DNA of 64,000 nt from a virus. Taxonomy: Duplodnaviria; Caudoviricetes. The DNA lies in the IMG/VR virus record IMGVR_UViG_3300006752_000019, positions 22,972 through 86,971 of that record. One strand, written 5' to 3'. This document shows, one piece after another, positions 26,114-34,343 of this stretch. Numbering within the stretch: position 1 is the first letter of the stretch; every line of letters starts with the position of its first letter. The translations under genes and the position numbers were made by a program. The notes under the pieces were generated by a model. It searched no databases. It was given only the letters and a program-made list of their open reading frames with translations, and was not told where the DNA came from.

Positions 26114-27087
26114 TAAAATAAGTCTTCTTCTGTAAATGTTTGGTTTTTCTTTGAGTATTCTACTGGGCGCGAATGGAAAAAGTCAGTAGCGTTATTGCCT
26201 AACAATTCTTCTTCGAACCACAATGTTTTTTTGATGATATCTGTGTCAATTTCGTCAAAAGCTTTTGGAAAGCCAATGCCTTCTAGAGACTCATTAATTC
26301 TGTGCTTGACAAATTCTTTAAGCGTCTCGGCATCTAATCCTTCTTCTTTCATCCCATTAATCATCCAATCAATAAGATTAGATTCTGCAATAAAAGCTTG
26401 TTGAGCTTCATGAAGCACTCTATCTTCTAATTCTTTATCAAAAAGTTCAGGATATTCCTCTTTGATTGTATTAATAATTTTCATACCAGCAAGCGCGTGG
26501 ATCATTTCCTCGTTGCGGGTATACTTAACCTGCTGGTCTGTATCTTTAAGCACATTCTTGAAGCGGCCAAACCAGTTAATTGTATAGAATTGAGAAAACA
26601 AAGATACATTTTCTACAAATAAGGTAAAAAGAATAAGCGCATAAACGTATTGCTTCTTACTGTCCTTGTAAAAACGATGATTGTATTTCTTTAAGTATTT
26701 GACTCGACCTTCGATAAAATCAAGCTTAAGATTTTTTTCGAAAACTCCCTCAAGCCCCAAGACTTCCAGTAGACGCTCGTAGGCGTTATTGTGGATAACC
26801 TCAACATTACCCATTGCGATCCCTAGATCGTTTAAAGAAGGGTGAGGAAGGTTGTCGCCAAGCTTTACCCAAAACTTCTTGACAGCAACCTCGATTTGGC
26901 CAACAGCAGACAATGTGCGAACGATTGTTTCTCGCTCTTGATCCGAAAGGTTCACATTAAAATCGTGAACGTCAGATGTAAATGAAAATTCTTTGTCTGT
27001 CCAAAATCCGTTATAGATGGCCTCAATGAAGTCCTCTGTCCACGGATAATTATTCGGCTTTCTCGATACTTGTTCTTCAAAAATCAT
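26113..27087 (-). CDS. nrdB: Class I ribonucleotide reductase beta subunit
   Basis: FWTDKEF, EVIHNNAY (radical Tyr), VENVSLFSQF, EEMIH, DFF. Confidence 0.92.
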   Translation of the reverse strand: MIFEEQVSRKPNNYPWTEDFIEAIYNGFWTDKEFSFTSDVHDFNVNLSDQERETIVRTLSAVGQIEVAVKKFWVKLGDNLPHPSLNDLGIAMGNVEVIHNNAYERLLEVLGLEGVFEKNLKLDFIEGRVKYLKKYNHRFYKDSKKQYVYALILFTLFVENVSLFSQFYTINWFGRFKNVLKDTDQQVKYTRNEEMIHALAGMKIINTIKEEYPELFDKELEDRVLHEAQQAFIAESNLIDWMINGMKEEGLDAETLKEFVKHRINESLEGIGFPKAFDEIDTDIIKKTLWFEEELLGNNATDFFHSRPVEYSKKNQTFTEEDLF

Positions 27088-27137
27088 GGCTGTTGTAATT
27101 TACACAAACATACCGTGGCTAGATCTAAAAAGCAAGA

Positions 27138-27298
27138 AAAAAGTTAGCACATCTAGCAACTTTTTTATGGGAAATTTTTTCTTGGGGAAAAGCCTTTAAA
27201 AATCCCATTTTTTAAAAGATTTATATTATGAGCGAAGCGAATAATTTAAATCTTAATCCGAAGCTTGATCTTTACTCATTAACTATCGGGGCAAGCTT
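27138..27298. repeat. Tandem inverted repeats including a GCGAAGC mini-hairpin (origin or structured-RNA candidate)
   Basis: AAAAAAGTT..AACTTTTTT; ATGGGA..TCCCAT; AAGATTTA-T-ATTAT-GAGCGAAGCGA-ATAAT-T-TAAATCTT; AAGCTTG..CAAGCTT. Confidence 0.7.
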
Positions 27299-27311
27299 AG
27301 GTATATATATT

Positions 27312-27390
27312 ATTATATGAGATTTAAAAAAAGCGTCAAGAAAAAGTTTGAACTTTTTTTGTTTGACTTTTTTAGTTATATGAACATAAT
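27312..27390. promoter_or_regulatory. Divergent sigma70-type promoters
   Basis: Leftward TTGACG-N16-TATAAT (27339-27312); rightward TTGACT-N16-CATAAT (27363-27390). A further leftward TTGCTT-N17-TATGTT (27135-27107) lies before nrdB. Confidence 0.65.
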
Positions 27391-27401
27391 ACTGTATAGC
27401 C

Positions 27402-28004
27402 ATGCAAATAGATAAATTCAGCGATCTTAAATTAACAAAACTTGTGCAGGAGGATTCGGACGATGAAGCTCTTAAGGAGCTTGTGGTTCGTCACTCTGGT
27501 ATCTACATGGATATGCTCAAGGCATACGGGGCAAAATCGTTTAATAACAATCAACTAGATGACTTTATTAAACAAAAAGACTCTGTAATATACGAGGCGG
27601 CTCTAGATTACAATCCCGAAAGAGCTAAATTCTCAACCTTTTTGGCAAACAAGACCAAGTATATGTGTCTTTCAGAAAGAACCAAGTTTCAAAAACTATC
27701 TAGAGAAGTTAGCTATGATGATATGGATTGGGGGCAAAGCGATACAGCCCTAACGCCCGATGAAAGCTGCGTTCATAGCGAGACGATAAATAAAATCATG
27801 GATATGATTGAAAGCTACCACGATCAGCGTGTAACAAAAATCTTTCACCTTCGTTATTTTGGAAGTGAAGGTAGAAAAATGCTTCCTTGGAAAGAGGTGG
27901 CAAAGCACGTTAGCCTATCAGCACAAAGCTGTATCAATATTCATAACAAAACCCTTGAAATCTTCAAAAATAGAGTAAAAAATGAACAAACTATTGAATT
28001 TTGA
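27402..28004 (+). CDS. Phage sigma-70-family factor
   Basis: Region 2 (ELVVRHSG...FSTFLANKTK) and a region-4 HTH (IFHLRYF...WKEVAKHVSLSAQSCINIH). Confidence 0.8.
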   Translation: MQIDKFSDLKLTKLVQEDSDDEALKELVVRHSGIYMDMLKAYGAKSFNNNQLDDFIKQKDSVIYEAALDYNPERAKFSTFLANKTKYMCLSERTKFQKLSREVSYDDMDWGQSDTALTPDESCVHSETINKIMDMIESYHDQRVTKIFHLRYFGSEGRKMLPWKEVAKHVSLSAQSCINIHNKTLEIFKNRVKNEQTIEF

Positions 28005-29070
28005 TGCCCCGCTCAACTCTCTGAGCCTTGGCAATGTCAGCTACAACTTTTTGCGAGAACTGCAAAGAAAAGATATCAATGTCAATCTTTTTGCTGTTGG
28101 TGATCGCGCCGAGCTACAAGCTTACGATAAAAAAACACCAGAACTTGTTGAATATATCAAGAACGCTGGACACTCTCGCTTTAGAAACCTCAATTCAAAT
28201 ATTCCAACGCTCAAGGTTTGGCATATCAATGGAAGCGAAAAACAAATTGGCTCTAATCAGTTCCTTTATACTTTTTATGAGCTTGATTCTCCCACTGAGA
28301 CAGAAGTAGCTATCGTAAAAATGCAAAAGCATGTTTTCTTTTCTTCTTCTGAGGCTTGCGAAGCATTTAAAGCTGCTGGATGTGATAATGTTTCTCATGT
28401 GCCTCTTGGTTTTGATGAAGACTTTGGTAAAACAGATAAGACATATTTTGAAGAAGATGTGATTCACTTTGGTTTGATTGGCAAATTTGAGCGCAGAAAG
28501 AATACCGTGCCTATTATTCAGACTTGGCTAAAGCGTTTTGGTAATAACCCAAAGTATCAACTTTCATGCTTGGTTCATAACCCCTTCTTTCCAGAAGAGC
28601 AAATGGATCAGCTTCTCAAAAATTGTATGATGAATGAACAATGGAGTAACATTAACTTCTTGCCTAGACTTGAAACCAACTCCGAAGTCAATGAGCTAAC
28701 GAACTCTATAGATATTGATCTCTCTGGACTCTCTAATGGCGAGGGATGGAATCTCCCTGCTTTCAACGCGACAGCTCTTGGCAAGTGGAGCATTGTATCC
28801 AACTGCTCGTCTCATACAGATTGGGCAACCAAAGAGAACAGTATTCTTGTTGACCCTGTTGATAAGCAAGACTGCTACGATAATGCGTTTTTCAAAAAAG
28901 GACTACCATTCAATCAAGGTCAATACTACAAAATCACTCCAGAGCAAATTATCAAATCCTACGATACTGCGGTCGTTATGGCAAAACAACCAAACACCGA
29001 AGGTGAAAAGCTACGCGAGAAATTCACCTACAAAAAAACAATTGAACAAATCCTTAGCGTAATTTACTAA
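27982..29070 (+). CDS. GT4-like (GT-B) glycosyltransferase
   Basis: FGLIGKFERRKN, LSNGEGWNLPAFNATALGK. Confidence 0.8.
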   Translation: MNKLLNFDAPLNSLSLGNVSYNFLRELQRKDINVNLFAVGDRAELQAYDKKTPELVEYIKNAGHSRFRNLNSNIPTLKVWHINGSEKQIGSNQFLYTFYELDSPTETEVAIVKMQKHVFFSSSEACEAFKAAGCDNVSHVPLGFDEDFGKTDKTYFEEDVIHFGLIGKFERRKNTVPIIQTWLKRFGNNPKYQLSCLVHNPFFPEEQMDQLLKNCMMNEQWSNINFLPRLETNSEVNELTNSIDIDLSGLSNGEGWNLPAFNATALGKWSIVSNCSSHTDWATKENSILVDPVDKQDCYDNAFFKKGLPFNQGQYYKITPEQIIKSYDTAVVMAKQPNTEGEKLREKFTYKKTIEQILSVIY

Positions 29071-29071
29071 T

Positions 29072-29458
29072 ATGCCAATTTACCTTTACAAAAACGAAGA
29101 AACAGGAGAAGTTAAAGAGGTTGTGCAAACAATGTCTGAAGAACATGTTTATTTTCAAGACGGAGTGGATTGGAAACGCGTATACACAAAGCCCAATGCC
29201 GCAGTTCAATCTGTTTCAAAACTAGATCCCTTCAAGAAACGAGACTTCATTGACAAAACTGGAAACATGAAGGGAACAGTTGGGGACATGATGGGTTTAT
29301 CTGAGGAAATGTCAGCAGTCAGGGCAGAAAAAGCAGGAGGCGAAGACCCAGTAAAGCGTGAGTTCTTCGACAACTACGAAAAAAGTGTAGGCAAAAAACA
29401 TATGCACGATAAACCCAAGAAAATCGAAAAGAACGGTATCTCTGTAGACCTCGATTAA
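29072..29458 (+). CDS. FmdB-type regulatory ribbon protein (cysteines absent)
   Basis: MPIYLYKNEETGE..EV.Q.M N-terminus is typical of FmdB-family proteins. Confidence 0.55.
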   Translation: MPIYLYKNEETGEVKEVVQTMSEEHVYFQDGVDWKRVYTKPNAAVQSVSKLDPFKKRDFIDKTGNMKGTVGDMMGLSEEMSAVRAEKAGGEDPVKREFFDNYEKSVGKKHMHDKPKKIEKNGISVDLD

Positions 29459-30147
29459 ATATACTGACCAGTTACTCTGATCTTCTTGCCGCCAAGATCA
29501 AACACAATAATTCCTTGGCCAACAGAAGTAGAGCCATCGTTTTCAATAATTGATCCAGCACCACTGATTCCTGTTACATCAAGGAATCTTGTAACACGAT
29601 CCCCACTTATAGTTAAGTTTCCACTAACAGTAACATCATCCTCAAAAACTGTATCATTAATAAATCGTTGACCGCTTGCAAAATCAAGAATTAGCTTTCT
29701 GCTTTGATCTACTGTTCTGATGGCTGTATCATCACCCATCATTGTGCTACCCACCACACCGCTTTCGAATGTAACAGTATTGCCTCCAATTAGCATATTT
29801 TGTTGAGAGCCTGTTTCAAAAGTAGAGTTATCACTAAAAAGAATGGTGTTGTCTTCGCCGTAAATAGTGTTGTTGTTTCCATTGATCACAACATTATATT
29901 CACCACCAATCGTGTTGTTTGTCCCACCAATCAACATTCCGCTATTGCTGTTAAACACTGTGCTTGAAGCTGTAGTTAAAACCTGACTGTTATTGACTGT
30001 GAGATTTCCAGAAAAATCAAAATCTCCAACCAAGTCTCTTTTTAACTCAATTTTAAAACCCGTATTTAGGTCAGAAAGCAAAAAATCCCCACTAGCACTA
30101 AAAAAAGTAGGTAATTGTAGTTGTTCTGGTTGAATTTTATTAAACAT
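29455..30147 (-). CDS. Virion structural / fibre-like protein with G-x-N-N beta repeats
   Basis: IGGTNNTIGGEYNVVINGNNNTIYG repeats, about 12 S/T-G dipeptides, and a GTGTAA motif upstream. Confidence 0.6.
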   Translation of the reverse strand: MFNKIQPEQLQLPTFFSASGDFLLSDLNTGFKIELKRDLVGDFDFSGNLTVNNSQVLTTASSTVFNSNSGMLIGGTNNTIGGEYNVVINGNNNTIYGEDNTILFSDNSTFETGSQQNMLIGGNTVTFESGVVGSTMMGDDTAIRTVDQSRKLILDFASGQRFINDTVFEDDVTVSGNLTISGDRVTRFLDVTGISGAGSIIENDGSTSVGQGIIVFDLGGKKIRVTGQYI

Positions 30148-30158
30148 AGTCCTATAAT
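30130..30158 (+). promoter_or_regulatory. Sigma70-type promoter of the SSB-like gene
   Basis: TTGAAT-N17-TATAAT. Confidence 0.65.
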
Positions 30159-30184
30159 GGGTTCCTTAAAATTACACGGAAATT

Positions 30185-30739
30185 ATGAAATATCCTATTT
30201 ACAAACCAAACAAAAACTGCACGGGGGCCGCAGGAAGCTTTGCTGTAACAAAATTCGGCAAAGACCAAAAAACCAACCTTTTTGTCGAGCTTTTGCTCCA
30301 AAAAAGCTGGGACGACAAGAAAAGAACAGGTTCCTTTAATCCAGAAAAAAAGGTAACCTTTAAGCTTAGTCTCTCTGAAGCTGGTGAAATTCTCTCCTCT
30401 CTAAAAACTAGAGTTCCATTTACTGCTTTCCACAAGTTCGGTGAAGATACCACTGTTATTAATATGACTCCTTGGGATAAAGCTAAAACCGTCAAAACAA
30501 AAGATGGAGATAAAAAATACACGACTCCAGCTTGGGGACTAAAAGTAACCCGCAATTCTAGTGAAACATACAAACTACCACTAGAGGCTGGCGAAGCAGA
30601 GGTTCTTGCTGTCGTGCTTACTGAGTTTATCCAACAAGTTCTTCGTGAAAACTCTGCAATTGATGCTCAAAACAGAGCAAAAGCAGGTTCTGAATCCTCA
30701 AAAGGAGGAGCAAGAGAAGAAGATGACGTTCCATTCTAA
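30185..30739 (+). CDS. Whirly-like single-stranded DNA-binding protein with an SSB-type acidic tip
   Basis: KKVTFKLSLSEAGEI...AFH...LPLEAGEAEVL repeat pattern; ends EEDDVPF. Confidence 0.6.
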   Translation: MKYPIYKPNKNCTGAAGSFAVTKFGKDQKTNLFVELLLQKSWDDKKRTGSFNPEKKVTFKLSLSEAGEILSSLKTRVPFTAFHKFGEDTTVINMTPWDKAKTVKTKDGDKKYTTPAWGLKVTRNSSETYKLPLEAGEAEVLAVVLTEFIQQVLRENSAIDAQNRAKAGSESSKGGAREEDDVPF

Positions 30740-32472
30740 TGGATAAGAAAATCAAGGTATTAGTTCATTCGAATTACTCTCGTCTAGTCACGGGGTTCGG
30801 GAAGAATATGCGAAATGTTCTTCTCGCGCTCCATGACAGCGAGGAGTTCGAAGTGGTAGAAGCTGCAAACGGCGTAATGTTTGGTGTAGACTTAATGACT
30901 CCTTGGAAGAGTTATGGAACTTATGCAACACCAGATGTTCAACAAAAAATCAAAAGCGATGATTCAAAAAAACGCGCATCTTCTTATGGTTATTACATGA
31001 TCGACAAGATCATAGAAATAGAACAGCCCGATATTTATCTTGGTATTGAAGATATTTGGGCTTTCAGTCAATTCGAAAACAAGCCTTGGTGGAACAAACT
31101 AAAAACTATCCTCTGGACTACTCTGGATAGTCTTCCTATTCTTGATCAAGCAGTTCATATGCACAAGAACTGTGATAAAATGCTTGTGTGGGCTACATTT
31201 GCTGAAGCAGCAATGAATAAAAAAGGCTTCAACACACAAACTATTCATGGGGCGATTAATTACAACGATTATCACCCACTACCCACAGAAGAAAGAAACT
31301 CTCTTCGCGCACAACATGGACTTTCGGATAATTATGTAATTGGTTTCGTTTTCAAAAACCAACTACGCAAATCTGTTCCTAATATCTTAGAGGGTTTCAA
31401 ACTATTCAAAAAGCTAAATCCTGACTCTAAGCCCAAGCTTCTCCTGCATACAGATTGGGCAGAAAAAGAACAGGGCTGGGATATCGTAAAATATATTGAG
31501 GAAAAAGAAATTGATCCTGAAGATGTTTTGGCGACTTATCTTTGTCATAAGTGCGGTCAGTATTTTGTTACCCCATACAACGGAGAGAACAAAGATTGTA
31601 AAGTTTGCGGCGCAAAAGAAAGCGTTAAAACAAAGAACAGTGGTAAAGGTGTTAACGAAACCCAATTGAATCAAATCTATAACATGATGGATGTTTACTG
31701 CCATCCATTTACCAGTGGTGGTCAAGAACTTCCAATTCAAGAGGCGAAAGCAGCAGGGCTAATCACTCTTGTTACAGAATATTCTTGCGGCATTGATTCT
31801 TGTTACAAACATCAAGGAGGTATTCCTCTTGATTGGAGCGAGTATCGCGAACCTCACACTAATTTCATTAAAGCTACAACCTGCCCTGCAAGCATTGCTC
31901 ATAACCTTGAGGCTGTTTATCAGATGGACGAAGATACAAAACAACAGTATCTAGAAAACGGCAAAAAACATCTCGATAAAAACTTTTCTGTAGATGTGAT
32001 TGTAGAGAAGCTGAAAAACACTCTGCGCGAAGTCTACGCGCAAGAAAAGCATTCAAGCTCTGAAACAAGTGAAGATACTCTTTCTGCGCCAGACCTCGCT
32101 GACATGCTGGATGGAGAAGCAGAAGACCGAATCTTGATCGTAATGCCAGAATCGGCTGGAGATGTGTTTATCACAACCTCTTTGCTTCCTTCTCTTGCAG
32201 AAGCATATCCCAATAAAGATGTTTACTTTGCAACAAAAAAACAATTCCATCCAATTTTAACAGGCAACCCTTACATCCATAAAGTTTTGGAATTCCACCC
32301 CCAAATGGAAAACCTGCCTATGATGGAAGGAGCGGGTCAACACAAAGGCTATTTCAATCTTTGTTTCCTGCCTCACATTGGAACTCAACGCATGCTTGAT
32401 TATCTTCACCAAGGAGACGGAGATAAGATAATGTTCAACATCCATTCAGAAAATTACAATGCACCTCATTGA
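30739..32472 (+). CDS. GT4-like glycosyltransferase with a CxxC..CxxC insert, fused to the N-terminal half of a GT9
   Basis: FKNQLRKS, GGQELPIQEAKAAG. C-terminal RILIVMPESAGDVFITTSLL...YPNKDVYF...GNPYIHKV. Confidence 0.8.
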   Translation: MDKKIKVLVHSNYSRLVTGFGKNMRNVLLALHDSEEFEVVEAANGVMFGVDLMTPWKSYGTYATPDVQQKIKSDDSKKRASSYGYYMIDKIIEIEQPDIYLGIEDIWAFSQFENKPWWNKLKTILWTTLDSLPILDQAVHMHKNCDKMLVWATFAEAAMNKKGFNTQTIHGAINYNDYHPLPTEERNSLRAQHGLSDNYVIGFVFKNQLRKSVPNILEGFKLFKKLNPDSKPKLLLHTDWAEKEQGWDIVKYIEEKEIDPEDVLATYLCHKCGQYFVTPYNGENKDCKVCGAKESVKTKNSGKGVNETQLNQIYNMMDVYCHPFTSGGQELPIQEAKAAGLITLVTEYSCGIDSCYKHQGGIPLDWSEYREPHTNFIKATTCPASIAHNLEAVYQMDEDTKQQYLENGKKHLDKNFSVDVIVEKLKNTLREVYAQEKHSSSETSEDTLSAPDLADMLDGEAEDRILIVMPESAGDVFITTSLLPSLAEAYPNKDVYFATKKQFHPILTGNPYIHKVLEFHPQMENLPMMEGAGQHKGYFNLCFLPHIGTQRMLDYLHQGDGDKIMFNIHSENYNAPH

Positions 32473-33592
32473 ACGCTACGCCCTTTCTACAGGCTTAAAA
32501 ATTGACAATCCGTATATTCACACACCATTCTATCCTGTTGTGGCAGATAAGTATGTTGTGTTTCATACTTCTGCAAAAGACAATTTGCGCGACTATGATT
32601 ACTGGAAAGAAGTGAAGGCAATGCTTGATCCACTTTTTCAAAAACATAACCTAAAGACAGTTCAAATCGGTCTAGAAAAAGACCCTTCGGTTAATTGCGA
32701 TATTGATCTTCGCGGCAAAACTACAATCAATCAAATGGCTTATGTCATAAAAAATTGCGACTACTTTATTGGAGTTGATTCTTTTCCCGCGCACCTTTCT
32801 GGATTCTATGATAAAAAAATGCTATCAATTTACGCTAACTCTTATTCTGCTTGTGTTTACCCATATTGGGGGTCTAAAGAGAATAAGAAGATTATTGAAA
32901 CCCATCGCCCCGATGGAGAGAAGCCGTCCTTCTCCTTCAATGAAAACCCAAAAACCATCAATAGACTTAAGCCCCACGAAATTGCAGAAAGTTTTTGCGA
33001 ACTCATCGACAGCAACTTTAAGTCTCTGATTCCAAAAGTCTCTTACATTGGAGAGAAATATTTGGTTGATCAGGTTGAGATTGTGCCAGACATTCCTTAT
33101 GCGATTCAGCATCAGAATATTTTTGTTCGCATGGATTTAGAACACAACGAAGAAGCATTACAAGCAATTCTACAAAACACACAAGCTTCTATCCTAACCA
33201 ATAAACCAATCAACGAAAATCTTTTGCAGCCATCCAAGGTCAAACTCATTAATTATATTGCTGATGAATTTGATGAAGAGTTTGTAAAAAATGTAAAGTC
33301 TCGCGGCATCGACCTTCATCTACTCTGCACAAACAAAGAAAATCTTCAAAAAGAAAGAACAAGATTTTTTGATTATAAAGTCTTACCATTTGACAAACAA
33401 TCAAAAATTGAAAAGTCTCGCGAAAAAGTAAGCGAAGAAGAAATCAAATCTTCGCGCATCACAAGCAATAAAAAAGTATTTAAAAATCAAAAACAATATA
33501 ATAGCCACTACGAAGCTAATAATTGTGAAAACATTGATGATTTATTTCTTGACTTGGAGTGGATAATGTTGTATACTGCACCCAATGAGTGA
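32459..33592 (+). CDS. C-terminal half of a GT9 (heptosyltransferase-like) plus an extra domain
   Basis: MHLIERY...VVFH...YW..V...QIG...DLRGKTTINQMAYVIKNCDYFIGVDSFPAHL. Confidence 0.8.
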   Translation: MHLIERYALSTGLKIDNPYIHTPFYPVVADKYVVFHTSAKDNLRDYDYWKEVKAMLDPLFQKHNLKTVQIGLEKDPSVNCDIDLRGKTTINQMAYVIKNCDYFIGVDSFPAHLSGFYDKKMLSIYANSYSACVYPYWGSKENKKIIETHRPDGEKPSFSFNENPKTINRLKPHEIAESFCELIDSNFKSLIPKVSYIGEKYLVDQVEIVPDIPYAIQHQNIFVRMDLEHNEEALQAILQNTQASILTNKPINENLLQPSKVKLINYIADEFDEEFVKNVKSRGIDLHLLCTNKENLQKERTRFFDYKVLPFDKQSKIEKSREKVSEEEIKSSRITSNKKVFKNQKQYNSHYEANNCENIDDLFLDLEWIMLYTAPNE

Positions 33593-34343
33593 TAAAAAGA
33601 AACCCACGGGCCGCGAACTTTATAAGCGTGATGAAGACAATATGCTTGAAAACGTAGACTACGTTTACAATAAAGATGGGTCTGTCGATTGGAGAGCAAT
33701 GATTCCTCAAGAATTTTTGTATATCCGAAAAGAGTGGTTTGAGAAGTTCGGTAAACCTATTCCTGATTCTCCAGAGGGTTTGAAAGATAGTCAGCTTGCC
33801 ATTATGCTTGGCGGCATTAAGCATCTTGCCAAGATCAGAGGTTTTGAATCTGTCAAGTTTGATACCAAAAAAGAAGGCACTAACTATGTAACTTCAAAAT
33901 GCTCTATCGAATGGTTGCCAAACTATGAAACCGATCACCGCCGCGTGATGTTTGAAGACTATGCAAATGCAACTGGAGATAATGTCAATGGTTTCGGCTT
34001 AAAGTTTTTGGAGGCTATTGCTTGCAACCGCGCCTTTGTGCGTTGTGTGCGTAATTTCCTTGGTATTCATATTGTTGGTGTTGATGAACTAGATAGTTCT
34101 GAAGAAAAGAATGAACCTGCGCCAGCAAAGGCTACCAACGATAGCTTCGGCCCAAGTGCTAAACTACAAGAGTTAGTGGCAGACAAGTTTGGAGATGACT
34201 TTGAATCATTTAAAGAAGCAACGCTTCGTGAATGGTGGAAAAACGAAACCTATCAAAACAAAGATACCAAAAACTGGGAAAGCTTTGAAGATATTCCCGC
34301 AGCAGAAGCAAGGAAGTTGATTAAACTTGTAAAGGAAGCTTAA
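33585..34343 (+). CDS. Rad52/Sak-like single-strand annealing protein
   Basis: GGIKHLAKIRG...SKCSIEW...EAIACNRAFVRCVRNFLGI. Confidence 0.5.
   Translation: MSDKKKPTGRELYKRDEDNMLENVDYVYNKDGSVDWRAMIPQEFLYIRKEWFEKFGKPIPDSPEGLKDSQLAIMLGGIKHLAKIRGFESVKFDTKKEGTNYVTSKCSIEWLPNYETDHRRVMFEDYANATGDNVNGFGLKFLEAIACNRAFVRCVRNFLGIHIVGVDELDSSEEKNEPAPAKATNDSFGPSAKLQELVADKFGDDFESFKEATLREWWKNETYQNKDTKNWESFEDIPAAEARKLIKLVKEA

Noticed and set aside
27982-33592. Glycosyltransferases as DNA-hypermodification enzymes
   Set aside because: No base-hydroxymethylase, dioxygenase or deazaguanine genes are in this window to supply an acceptor, and the families seen are LPS or protein types. This is ranked lower rather than excluded, because the rest of the genome is unseen.
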